Assembly (NCBI GenBank): GCA_963667845.2
Contig: CAXXVL010000002.1
Coordinates: forward strand, 1,920,001-1,984,000
DNA: 64,000 bases
From: Smithellaceae bacterium
GTDB taxonomy: Bacteria; Desulfobacterota; Syntrophia; Syntrophales; Smithellaceae
Direction: 5' to 3'
Shown piece by piece: positions 49,589-58,001 of the stretch. Each line of letters begins with the position of its first letter. Within the stretch, counting starts at the first letter, position 1. The position numbers and the translations under genes were made by a program. A model generated the notes under the pieces. It searched no databases. It was not told the DNA's origin and saw only the letters and a program-made list of their open reading frames with translations.

Positions 49589-50269
49589 CTATCGAGCTAA
49601 CTTCGCCAATACCGGGTCCCGCGCCCAAGTGCGTATAGCATTCCAGTCGCGAAAATCCCCTTCCGGCGTCCCTTTGGATTTGAGAATCTTTTTGTTCAGC
49701 CATGACAGATTGTTGTAGTCCAGAGTCCCGGCGAATGTTCCGAGACCGACAGGTCTTATCTCCGGCACAGCCTTAAGTACGGGGTCCATGTAAGACAGCA
49801 CTTCCGCCTGTTTCTTTTCCGTCGGCTGGGCTAGAGTCATACACACGAGGAAATACGCGACAGGCACTCGACGCAGGCTGTCCTTGTTACTCTTAACAAA
49901 ATCTACCGCCTCAGACATCCACTTGCCCATATAGATCGCACTGCCTATTACCACTGACTGATAGGAACCGACATTACGGACATTCTTGATTTGCGCAACG
50001 TCGGCAGTCATGCCCCTGCTGCATAATTCCTTTCCGATAGCATCGGCGACTCCCGCGGTGGAACCGTATTTGCTGGCGTAGGTGATCAATACTTTTTTCT
50101 TCATGTTTTTCTCATCTCCATATCGACCTTCGGGGAACTTGATCTGGGCTGCATGGCTATCCCCTGCACCCAACATATCACCGAGTGACATTGCCGTAAT
50201 CAGGCCGGCGGACAGGGCCAGGAAATTCCGGCGGTTGACTCTCCAGAGGTCATTATCTTCATTGCCCAT
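49589..50269 (-). CDS. Cassette 13: HemG-like flavodoxin-domain protein with a Tat-type signal
   Basis: NRRNFL Tat motif; YASKYGST, IGSAIYMG, GDFRDW. Confidence 0.85.
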   Translation of the reverse strand: MGNEDNDLWRVNRRNFLALSAGLITAMSLGDMLGAGDSHAAQIKFPEGRYGDEKNMKKKVLITYASKYGSTAGVADAIGKELCSRGMTADVAQIKNVRNVGSYQSVVIGSAIYMGKWMSEAVDFVKSNKDSLRRVPVAYFLVCMTLAQPTEKKQAEVLSYMDPVLKAVPEIRPVGLGTFAGTLDYNNLSWLNKKILKSKGTPEGDFRDWNAIRTWARDPVLAKLAR

Positions 50270-50342
50270 TACAACACCTCCTTTGCATTATTTGTTCTTC
50301 AAGTACCCTCAGCCTCTCAATTGATACGAATGATCTTCCCAT

Positions 50343-50400
50343 GCAGAACGTTTTAAGTCAACGGCGGCCGTCATCCATTCGTGGGAGTGATTTGTTGGCC
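50343..50400 (-). repeat. attC12 (58 bp, inner stem degenerate)
   Basis: GCAGAAC...GTTGGCC at attC spacing immediately after a stop codon; poor L-box pairing. Confidence 0.5.
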
Positions 50401-50404
50401 GGGT

Positions 50405-51175
50405 TTAGAACTCCATCAATTCTCCATCTGCCGGAATAATCACTTTGTCGGACAATCCTTCTCTCAATACAGCATCTCTCAGCATAGCTCGAGTAGTCAA
50501 ACAATGATTGAAGGCATCCAGATGCACGGCAACGACCTTGCCGGGAGCGGTTCTTATAAACTCCAGTTGCTCATCAAGAGGCATGAGAATGGGTTTGCCA
50601 AAATCAAGTGCTGCCGTTCCTGCATTCAATATGGACACATCAGGCCGAAGATCATTAAGGACATTTCTGACAGTCCGGGTCATCACCGTATCGCCGCTGA
50701 TATAAAGTGATTTGTCCTCCGGCAGTTCAATAAAATATCCAGCTCCGGGTCCCATGAGCACACCGGCTAACCCGTGTCCGTGCGCAGTTGGGAAAGTGGT
50801 GATCCTCCCTGCGAGAAATTGGCTGACCTTCTTCATTGCCAGGGGGATTGCATTGATATGGTGTCGTTTCAGAGACGGCTCATCTATGGCGTTGCAATAT
50901 ACAGGCACCTGTTTCTGCGCCAACAGGCGAAATCCGGATTTATCAAGATGATCAAAATGACCATAACGAAAATGGGTAATGAGCCCGCATGTGATCCGGC
51001 TTAATAGAAGTTCCGAGTTCGGCGGCAGATCAACTATAGGGTTGAATCGGGGCCTCTTGCGAAAAAGCGTATAGGGCGGCAGGCTTCCTTTTGGATTCAG
51101 GCAGGGGTCTACTAAAATTCTCTGTTCATTGCTGTGAATGATCATGCATGCATTTCGGATATGATATATCTTCAC
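50405..51175 (-). CDS. Cassette 12: metallo-beta-lactamase-fold hydrolase
   Basis: HIRNA, LVDP, ITH....HFDHLD, YISGDT, VHLDAFNHC. Confidence 0.88.
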   Translation of the reverse strand: MKIYHIRNACMIIHSNEQRILVDPCLNPKGSLPPYTLFRKRPRFNPIVDLPPNSELLLSRITCGLITHFRYGHFDHLDKSGFRLLAQKQVPVYCNAIDEPSLKRHHINAIPLAMKKVSQFLAGRITTFPTAHGHGLAGVLMGPGAGYFIELPEDKSLYISGDTVMTRTVRNVLNDLRPDVSILNAGTAALDFGKPILMPLDEQLEFIRTAPGKVVAVHLDAFNHCLTTRAMLRDAVLREGLSDKVIIPADGELMEF

Positions 51176-51195
51176 AAATCAAACTCCGAGAATTG

Positions 51196-51251
51196 GGCCC
51201 ACGAAAAAATCACGCGGAGCATAGCAATAGGCTGTATTGACCTTGTTGGGC
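51196..51251 (-). repeat. attC11 (56 bp; R' mutated to GTG)
   Basis: GGCCCAC-GAAAAAATCACGCGGAGCATAGCAATAGGCTGTATTGACCTT-GTTGGGC. Confidence 0.75.
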
Positions 51252-51258
51252 CACGCTA

Positions 51259-51942
51259 TCATCTGGACACCCAGCCGCCGCAGACAGGGAACACCTGCCC
51301 GACAAAACAGCTTGCCGGCTCACTGCATAGATAAGCGGCAAATTCAGCATCTTCTCTCGCTCCCACGAGACGCCCCAGAGGGACCTCTCGCTTCAAACGT
51401 TCCTGAAATCGAGGGTTCTCCTGCACTTCCGCGGGGAAGTAGGTCGGATTGTCGACAAAGTTTTGCGCGATTGCATTCACTTGAACATTATGGACCGCAA
51501 CCTCCACGCCGACGGCCTGCACGTAGGCAAGCTGCGCACCGCGCGCGGCACTGTATGTCGATGCGCGCTTCATTCCGCGCAAGGCGGATGCGCTGCCCAT
51601 AACGAGAATCTTGCCTGCACGACGCTCTATCATGGCAGGCAACACAGCCTGAAACAACCGGGGAAGCGGATCCACCAGAACGGCAAAGATGTTTCGCCAT
51701 TCTTCAACTGACACTTCCGTGACAGGGGTAGTGGGCGCCGGAACGGCCAGGTTGGCAACGAGCACATCGATATGGCCTGCCGCAGCTACGATGCCGGTGG
51801 GTGCGTTAAGGCTCGTAAGCGGCTCTGTACTGGCAATGACAACAGCACCATGCTCGGCAAACACCTCACAAAGCGTCGGACCCATAAACGCATCCGCCTG
51901 GGTGATTAACACTCGCTTATCTCTAAGGCTTTGATCTGTCAT
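51259..51942 (-). CDS. Cassette 11: atypical SDR oxidoreductase (halohydrin dehalogenase-like YxxxR)
   Basis: TQADAFMG in place of TGxxxGxG, S..YSAAR, NAIAQNF..NPTYF; start set at ATG 51942. Confidence 0.75.
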   Translation of the reverse strand: MTDQSLRDKRVLITQADAFMGPTLCEVFAEHGAVVIASTEPLTSLNAPTGIVAAAGHIDVLVANLAVPAPTTPVTEVSVEEWRNIFAVLVDPLPRLFQAVLPAMIERRAGKILVMGSASALRGMKRASTYSAARGAQLAYVQAVGVEVAVHNVQVNAIAQNFVDNPTYFPAEVQENPRFQERLKREVPLGRLVGAREDAEFAAYLCSEPASCFVGQVFPVCGGWVSR

Positions 51943-51997
51943 TATTCCCTCCTGCGCATCATTATGCGAATAGTATCTGCTCATATTACAAGGGCCA

Positions 51998-52023
51998 CGA
52001 TCCGCTTCAGCGTCTCGTTAGGC
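51998..52023 (-). repeat. attC10 (half-site only)
   Basis: CGATCCG + 12 nt + GTTAGGC reproduces the R''/L'' half; the other half is absent. Confidence 0.6.
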
Positions 52024-52084
52024 AATTATTCTTTGCTACCAGTATCGATCAACCTCTTTGCCCATGGCTTACACAGTACCATAT

Positions 52085-52729
52085 TTATTTTCTGATGAAT
52101 CTGTCCTTAAACATAGGATTCTGGCTGAAATATAACGCCGCTGCAGGATTGTGCCCGAGAGCACGATCTTTGACCACGAGAGGAGTTGTCTCTGCTTTAC
52201 AATAACGCAGAAACAGTATGTCATGCCCAAGGCAAAGCCCCATCATTATGTTCAGCTCTGTTTTTTCGCGGTTGAGTACTTCGGCCTGCATTATTGGGTT
52301 GCAGATCTTATTCCCCCACATCCCTATGTCCTGCGGATTTAATTCACCACAGAGACATATTACAGAGACGACATCGAACCCGTTACTTTCAAGAATGTCA
52401 GATAAAGATTTCGATTCAGGCATCAATTCTCCACACGTTGCGATGCCCAGCCTTTTCATTCCGCGTATCTTAGCATACTCCATAATTTCATCAACCCTTG
52501 TCCAGGAGAGTTTTTCTCTTGGTTTTTCCGGATCCATGACTTTACTCATATAACCCATCCAGCCTTTATTTACAGCTTGGTTTTCGGGCAGCAATAACAT
52601 TTCTAATGTTTCATTGACTAAGCCAGGATATTTTTCTGTAGGGCAGAATGCTGGCACCTTTTTGTCTTTTTCTTTAGAACGACATCGAAGAATTGTGCAT
52701 TTTACACACTGTGGATCATGATTTTCCAT
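52085..52729 (-). CDS. Cassette 10: DUF1847 Cys-rich metal-binding protein
   Basis: TRVDEI, LGIATC, CNPIMQAEVLN, GLCLGHD, LVVKDR.LGHNP. Confidence 0.85.
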   Translation of the reverse strand: MENHDPQCVKCTILRCRSKEKDKKVPAFCPTEKYPGLVNETLEMLLLPENQAVNKGWMGYMSKVMDPEKPREKLSWTRVDEIMEYAKIRGMKRLGIATCGELMPESKSLSDILESNGFDVVSVICLCGELNPQDIGMWGNKICNPIMQAEVLNREKTELNIMMGLCLGHDILFLRYCKAETTPLVVKDRALGHNPAAALYFSQNPMFKDRFIRK

Positions 52730-52770
52730 TTGAGACTCCTTCTCTTTGCTCGAATTTGTCGTGTGCGTCT

Positions 52771-52838
52771 TTCTAACGAAAAGCTCAGTCAGGAGCGGCG
52801 CCCCCGCCGCTGCGATCCGTTGGAGCGACGGGTTATGC
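52771..52838 (-). repeat. attC9 (68 bp)
   Basis: TTCTAAC-GAAAAGCTCAGTCAGGAGC..GCGATCCGTTGGAGCGACGG-GTTATGC; the gene's TAA lies inside R''. Confidence 0.8.
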
Positions 52839-53387
52839 TTTTTGGTTGTTTTTCAAAAACTGTTCAATTTCCTGCTTATGCTTGGCTACGTAACTGCAAC
52901 TAGGCTCTTCACCGCACTTTCTACATTTCAAATCATACGCGGAATTAATAGTCTGGCACTCGGGACAGGCATAGTTCGTTCGAATACTGTTAAGCCAATA
53001 TTCATAACCCATGGCCTTGATCTGTTCCAGATCATCCCACAATTCTATCCTATGCGGTCTTTCAGATTGAAACTGCTTTAGATCACTGCAGGGATACTTC
53101 TGGCATTCAACGCAGAAATCGATCCCTCGTTCAGCGGCGCATGAAAACATTTTGCATTTCTCACAATAAGGTCCTCTCTTGTCGGACCGACAGCCGTAAC
53201 ATTTGACCGCTTCCTCTGAAAGCTGGAATCGTTCCGATAGTCCCTTGAGTCTTGCCGGGTCTTCCTTGGTAGCGATGAATAAAGTGCATGCCTCACAAAA
53301 AAGGCCGCATACCGCAGCATACTTCTTGTCACATTCTCCCAAGTGCTTTTCGTCTTTTTGCATGAGGGGCTCCTCCATTTCATTCAA
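52833..53387 (-). CDS. Cassette 9: DUF3795 Cys-rich protein
   Basis: CGLFCEAC, CYGCR, C...C, FCVECQKYPC, C-terminal zinc-ribbon-like CxxC pairs. Confidence 0.85.
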   Translation of the reverse strand: MNEMEEPLMQKDEKHLGECDKKYAAVCGLFCEACTLFIATKEDPARLKGLSERFQLSEEAVKCYGCRSDKRGPYCEKCKMFSCAAERGIDFCVECQKYPCSDLKQFQSERPHRIELWDDLEQIKAMGYEYWLNSIRTNYACPECQTINSAYDLKCRKCGEEPSCSYVAKHKQEIEQFLKNNQKA

Positions 53388-53431
53388 TCGATACCATTCG
53401 TATTTTGCTGCATAATATTAATATTTTATGC

Positions 53432-53487
53432 AGATAACGGAAATATCAGCCGGAGCGCAGCGATCGGGTGCAGCGACCTTTTTGGGC
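53432..53487 (-). repeat. attC8 (56 bp; R'' mutated)
   Basis: AGATAAC..ATCAGCCGGAGCGCAGCGATCGGGTGCAGCGACCTT-TTTGGGC; TTT where GTT is expected. Confidence 0.75.
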
Positions 53488-53519
53488 CTTTATAAAAGTG
53501 TTATCTATGTCCGGTTCGC

Positions 53520-54032
53520 TTACGGATGATCGACAAATATCAATTTGCCTGTGTCAAAACCGAGCGTTGCTGCTTTCGCTATCAGCATATCCTTCAGCTC
53601 TTGTTTTATGATGGGGCTTCGAGCCAGAATCCACAAATAAGACTTATTCGGCCCGCACACGAGCGCATATTGATAATCCGCATGGTCCAGTTCAAATACC
53701 ACATAAGAACCATAAAAGGGCCCAAAGAAAGAAACTTTCAAATAACCTTGATCTGATCTTTTAACGAAGAAGGCCTTTCCTTCAGCTTCTTTCCATTTTT
53801 TTTCTTTTTCAGAGTACCCGCGGTTTAACACCCTGACGCCGCCGTCGTCTCGTAAACTATAATTTGCCGTTACTTTGCTCAGCTCCCGCTCAAAAGAATG
53901 ATCCAAGCGGGCAATTTCGTACCACTGCCCCAAATATCTTTCTAATTTGAAATTATCAACTGGCTTCACATTTTCCGGGATTCCGGCGCAACCAACTAAG
54001 AACAGAAACAATATTATTGCTATCTTGTTCAT
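53520..54032 (-). CDS. blc: Cassette 8: outer-membrane lipocalin
   Basis: Lipobox LVGC, RYLGQWYEIARLDHSFE, LKVSFFGPFYG, YLWILAR; start set at ATG 54032. Confidence 0.93.
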   Translation of the reverse strand: MNKIAIILFLFLVGCAGIPENVKPVDNFKLERYLGQWYEIARLDHSFERELSKVTANYSLRDDGGVRVLNRGYSEKEKKWKEAEGKAFFVKRSDQGYLKVSFFGPFYGSYVVFELDHADYQYALVCGPNKSYLWILARSPIIKQELKDMLIAKAATLGFDTGKLIFVDHP

Positions 54033-54051
54033 CTCTGTTTCTCCCTTCAAC

Positions 54052-54111
54052 GTCCAACGCGTGAATTAAGCCGCGCCGCGATGCGGCGTCGGCTTGAAGA
54101 AGTTGTTAGGC
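54052..54111 (-). repeat. attC7 (60 bp, aadA/aadB-like type, unlike the resident family)
   Basis: Minus strand GCCTAACAACTTCTTCAAGCCGACGCCGCATCGCGGCGCGGCTTAATTCACGCGTTGGAC. Confidence 0.92.
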
Positions 54112-54157
54112 ATGATTGGATTGTCCCCACTTTCTGAGTCGCCCGATAAACCCCTCA

Positions 54158-54904
54158 TCACCGTGGCATCAGCGCGAACACGCCCCAGCCTTGGTATTCA
54201 CGCGTATAAGCGGCGTGGCGCTCGGGTTCCGAGGTCAGTTGGGCTCGAACCTCTTTGGCTAACTCGTCACCGGGATTGGCTTCAAGCCATCGGCGCATGG
54301 TGAGCCATTTGGCCGCCTCGTATCTGTCCCAGCCGTCTTGGTCGGCCAAAACCATTTCCACGACGTCGTAGCCGAGGCGGCCGAAAGACGCGAGAAGTTC
54401 CGGAAGCAGGAGAAAGTCGGAGATTGAGTGGGCAAGACATCCTTTTGCAACATCTTCTGTCGGCGGTAACTGCCGCCAGTAGGGCTCGCCGATGAGGATG
54501 ATCCCTCCGGGGCGGAGGCTCTGCGCCAGAAGCTCGATGGTGCCGGCGACACCCCCGGCGATCCACGTGGCACCGAGACAGGCTGCCACACCGGCCTTCT
54601 CGTCAGAGACGAAGCCGGCGGCATCGCCATGGATGAACTTGACTTGATCGGCGACACCGAGTTCTGCAGCGCGGTGTTTCGCTTGCTCGGTGAACAACTG
54701 GCTCATGTCGATGCCGGTGCCGATGACCTTGTAATCGCGTGCCCAGGTGCACAGCATCTCCCCCGAACCGCTGCCGAGGTCGAGCACCCGGGTCCCCCTT
54801 TCCAGACGCAGCGCCGCGCCGAGAGTGGCGAGCTTTTCGGGTGTTAACGGGTTATGGATGCGGTGAGCACTTTCGGTGATGTTGAAGATCCGTGGAATAT
54901 CCAA
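54158..54904 (-). CDS. yjhP: Cassette 7: class I SAM-dependent methyltransferase (YjhP-like)
   Basis: MDIPRIF..HRIHNP, LDLGSGSGEMLCTWARD, WDRYEAAKWLTMRRWL, as recalled for E. coli YjhP. Confidence 0.88.
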   Translation of the reverse strand: MDIPRIFNITESAHRIHNPLTPEKLATLGAALRLERGTRVLDLGSGSGEMLCTWARDYKVIGTGIDMSQLFTEQAKHRAAELGVADQVKFIHGDAAGFVSDEKAGVAACLGATWIAGGVAGTIELLAQSLRPGGIILIGEPYWRQLPPTEDVAKGCLAHSISDFLLLPELLASFGRLGYDVVEMVLADQDGWDRYEAAKWLTMRRWLEANPGDELAKEVRAQLTSEPERHAAYTREYQGWGVFALMPR

Positions 54905-54945
54905 TGCAGTAAATCTCCTTTCAGGTGTGAATAGATTCGGTCACT

Positions 54946-55001
54946 GCCTAACGAAAAGCTCAGCCGGAGCATAGCGATAGGCTGGATTGCCCTTGTTGGG
55001 C
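54946..55001 (-). repeat. attC6 (56 bp)
   Basis: GCCTAAC-GAAAAGCTCAGCCGGAGCATAGCGATAGGCTGGATTGCCCTT-GTTGGGC. Confidence 0.92.
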
Positions 55002-55090
55002 AATTATTAAATAGTATATTCCAAAGCACACTCTGTTTGCACGGCACGAATTAAATAAACATGAACTGTCTGTATGAATGTTTAAATTAA

Positions 55091-55621
55091 TTAAGTTAAT
55101 TGATAATATAAAAAATTAAATATGTAATACATTAATTCTTTGCAGTTGTTCTCAAAACCATAAGGATAAGCTTTTGTATCTATCTCAGCTGTTGCTTTAT
55201 AAACAATTGCATTATTCTTAACATCTATAAAGTCCACTTCAATTATCCCTGTAGTCGCACGATTTTCGATCTTGATGGAGTTAAATCGGATAAACAGCTC
55301 CGCTTGTGGCGGAATTGCTTTGTCATCAGCAGACAATGCACCGGTTATATTTCTTTTAGTTAAATAAGTTATCGCACTTTTTTGCAAACCATAAACATTC
55401 AAATTCCGAATAACTTCAATCCACTCTTTTTTAGAGCCGTATTCATATTTCTGCCAATCGTCTTCATTGATTGGCAACCATCCAAGATGAATATAATGAT
55501 ATTTTTGCAACTCCGGTTTCTGCGGTTCGCTATTTTGAATATTATAAAATCTTTTGGCACTACATGCGGATAACGCAACCAATATTAGTATCGCTACTAC
55601 TATTTTGCATTTCATATTCAT
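55091..55621 (-). CDS. Cassette 6: hypothetical lipoprotein
   Basis: Lipobox LSAC; AT-rich ORF between attC5 and attC6. Confidence 0.75.
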   Translation of the reverse strand: MNMKCKIVVAILILVALSACSAKRFYNIQNSEPQKPELQKYHYIHLGWLPINEDDWQKYEYGSKKEWIEVIRNLNVYGLQKSAITYLTKRNITGALSADDKAIPPQAELFIRFNSIKIENRATTGIIEVDFIDVKNNAIVYKATAEIDTKAYPYGFENNCKELMYYIFNFLYYQLT

Positions 55622-55717
55622 TTAATTGATTATTCCTTTCGGATAATTAAGTCCTTTTTTAGCTCAACTGCTTCTTGCTTAAAAGAATTTTATTAGAACG
55701 TATTGTTTGCGTCACCT

Positions 55718-55773
55718 GCCCAACGAAAAAATCAGCCGGAGCGTAGCGATCGGCTGTATTGCTTTTGTTATGG
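55718..55773 (-). repeat. attC5 (56 bp)
   Basis: GCCCAAC-GAAAAAATCAGCCGGAGCGTAGCGATCGGCTGTATTGCTTTT-GTTATGG; the gene's TAA lies inside R''. Confidence 0.93.
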
Positions 55774-56475
55774 TTTTTTATACAACTCAATTAAGTGCTT
55801 TTGAATTATTGGTTTTGCGGTTACAAAACCTTTCACAATTGAGTTAATGTTCGATAATTTTATAAATTTTGAATGATCATTAAAGAATTTTATATTTTCT
55901 CTCATGATTAATAGATCATATTTGCCAGGTCCCTCTGAAATATCAACTGCAAAGTATGGTGCTCCTTCGTGCATGAAAAAGTTCCTTTGATTATCAAGTT
56001 CGCTAAACCAATCTGATGATTCCCCTGCACCCTCAATAATATTTTTTATGATTAACCCGACTTCCTTCTTTTTAATGCTTCTACCAATATGGGTGTATAG
56101 TTCTAAAAATAAACTTGCCATTAACTCACAGACAGAATTCAATTCAAACAAAAGCGAATCAATATCGACGAGTAAGTTGAATTTCAGTATTTCATCGATA
56201 TCGAATACGTAACCCTCTCTCTTCTGTGTGAAAATGTGTTCTTCTTTGTGGGCTTTTGTAGCTTTATAGACATCATTTACTTCTTCATTTATTCTGTGGA
56301 CAACACGCGGTAGCATATCTAATCGCGTTGATATGGACAGACCCAATTGGGATTTAACTTCCTTTGGGATAAGTGAGGCTTTACCCGAACGCTCTGCGTC
56401 ATTTACAGCATTCCAAATAGGCAAAATCCATGGGTCGCCAACATCAGTATTAATATGAATCCATTTATTTGGCAT
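55768..56475 (-). CDS. Cassette 5: hypothetical helical protein with a HEPN-like RxxxxH motif
   Basis: WFSELDNQRNFFMHEG (R-N-x3-H); AT-rich; HEPN assignment is inference. Confidence 0.65.
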   Translation of the reverse strand: MPNKWIHINTDVGDPWILPIWNAVNDAERSGKASLIPKEVKSQLGLSISTRLDMLPRVVHRINEEVNDVYKATKAHKEEHIFTQKREGYVFDIDEILKFNLLVDIDSLLFELNSVCELMASLFLELYTHIGRSIKKKEVGLIIKNIIEGAGESSDWFSELDNQRNFFMHEGAPYFAVDISEGPGKYDLLIMRENIKFFNDHSKFIKLSNINSIVKGFVTAKPIIQKHLIELYKKP

Positions 56476-56492
56476 TTGGTTTTATTCCTGCA

Positions 56493-56557
56493 CCATAACG
56501 ACGAGCTGAGCCGGAGCAGCCCCACGGGCTGCGATCGGCTCTAGCGGCTGGTTAGGT
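56493..56557 (-). repeat. attC4 (65 bp)
   Basis: CCATAAC..GCTGAGCCGGAGCAGCCCCACGGGCTGCGATCGGCTCTAGCGGCTG-GTTAGGT. Confidence 0.93.
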
Positions 56558-56567
56558 GATGTTTTCA

Positions 56568-57479
56568 TCAACTCGTTTCGGGTAAACAGCCGTGCTTCTT
56601 GTCGAATTCAAAACCCTTCATGCCTTCGAAGCTACCAACTAGGTAATATTTCCTATCACTGCCTTTGCTTTCAACGCTCAAACGACAGCCGAGGCGTTCG
56701 ATGAGCGGACTTATTCCCCCATGGTTGTTCAGCCATTCTTCATATCCTCGGATAGATGGCCCTCCAACGTTGATTACGAACTCTACCCCGTACATCAAGA
56801 ACGCAAAGAATGTTTCTTGGTGCCTCGTCATAAAGATCGTGCAGCCAAACCCAGCCACTACCCATTCATTCGTCTCAGGATGACGCATCAAAGTGTCAGC
56901 CGGAAACACAGCGCGCTGTGAAAAGGGCCACTGAGATAATTCGTCTCCGTACCTAGCAAAGCGACGAATATTATCGTAGAAAGGCTCGTCGACTAACCTG
57001 TCTAGCGCCTCTGCATCATTGACGAATATCTCTGCACTTGCCTCAAGGGCCATTTTGCAAAGAAAGCGAGACATTTCCCGCTGAGGGATGTCGTCTTCAA
57101 TAGTGAAGATTAGAGGGGTATCAAAGTTTCCTTGTATTGCGCGAGCGAGTTCGGCTGACTCGCTCTGTCTCTCTGTGGACAGCTCCAGCTTGCCATCTAC
57201 ACCCCTCCGCATATTGACTTGAACTTCGCTCCCAGCGATTTGTCCCACAAGAGATGGAAACTTACCCTTCTTGCTAGGGACTTGGTGCCAAGCACGAAGA
57301 TTTCGCATCCACTTGTGATTCAAGATCGGCTGCTCTACCTTACGTGCAAAGTAGTTGTTGCATTTATCGCACACAACGCCTCTCGGCAAAACGCGTCTAC
57401 GACTGCCAATTGACTCCGGCATAATGTGCTCAACGCTCTGAGACCCTGAAGAGTTTTGTTTGCAGAATATGCAGCGCAT
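56568..57479 (-). CDS. Cassette 4: HNH endonuclease (HNH_5-like N-terminus) with an uncharacterised C-terminal domain
   Basis: CIFC..SVEHIMPESIG..VCDKCNNYF. Confidence 0.85.
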   Translation of the reverse strand: MRCIFCKQNSSGSQSVEHIMPESIGSRRRVLPRGVVCDKCNNYFARKVEQPILNHKWMRNLRAWHQVPSKKGKFPSLVGQIAGSEVQVNMRRGVDGKLELSTERQSESAELARAIQGNFDTPLIFTIEDDIPQREMSRFLCKMALEASAEIFVNDAEALDRLVDEPFYDNIRRFARYGDELSQWPFSQRAVFPADTLMRHPETNEWVVAGFGCTIFMTRHQETFFAFLMYGVEFVINVGGPSIRGYEEWLNNHGGISPLIERLGCRLSVESKGSDRKYYLVGSFEGMKGFEFDKKHGCLPETS

Positions 57480-57489
57480 CAGTCATCAC

Positions 57490-57550
57490 ACCTAACGAAA
57501 AGCTCAGCCGGAGCCGCGAAGCGGCGATCGGCTGTAGCGACGGGTTATAC
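57490..57550 (-). repeat. attC3 (61 bp)
   Basis: ACCTAAC-GAAAAGCTCAGCCGGAGCCGCGAAGCGGCGATCGGCTGTAGCGACGG-GTTATAC. Confidence 0.93.
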
Positions 57551-57916
57551 AAATATTTTATTTGCGCTTTCTGTTAATCCCCAACGTCCATTAATCACTT
57601 TAAAATAGTCAAATTTAATTTCTATACATTCAACGGTAACCATTTTGTTTGAATCATATTTGAGGGGAAATAAATTTAAAGATCTGCATTTTGGACAGGA
57701 CTCCAGCGGTCTCCAGCCCAATTCTACAAAAGGTGCTTCAATGTCAAAATTAGTACCATTCGGAAATAAGTACCAGATATCATCTGCGATGGACAATAGC
57801 CTCTGATTTTTTATCAAGATAATATGTCCTCTTGAAAATCCATGGGCATATCCTTCCCATGAATATAAGCAATTCTGACATGATAATATCTCTTTAAAAA
57901 GACTTAATTGTCCCAT
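57545..57916 (-). CDS. Cassette 3: hypothetical protein with two CxxC motifs
   Basis: CQNC and CPKC; stop codon lies inside attC3 R''. Confidence 0.75.
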   Translation of the reverse strand: MGQLSLFKEILSCQNCLYSWEGYAHGFSRGHIILIKNQRLLSIADDIWYLFPNGTNFDIEAPFVELGWRPLESCPKCRSLNLFPLKYDSNKMVTVECIEIKFDYFKVINGRWGLTESANKIFV

Positions 57917-57934
57917 ATTTAATATTCCATTTTA

Positions 57935-57999
57935 GTATAACGAAAAGCTCACCCGGAGCGGCCCAGCGGGCCGCGATCGGGTGCAGCGACTGGTTCGAT
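57935..57999 (-). repeat. attC2 (65 bp)
   Basis: GTATAAC-GAAAAGCTCACCCGGAGCGGCCCAGCGGGCCGCGATCGGGTGCAGCGACTG-GTTCGAT; compensatory CACCCG/CGGGTG change in the stem. Confidence 0.93.
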
Positions 58000-58001
58000 A
58001 T

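Noticed and set aside
50405..51175. MBL-fold cassette as a beta-lactamase resistance gene
   Set aside because: No signal peptide, and motifs fit generic cytoplasmic MBL-fold hydrolases rather than class B beta-lactamases
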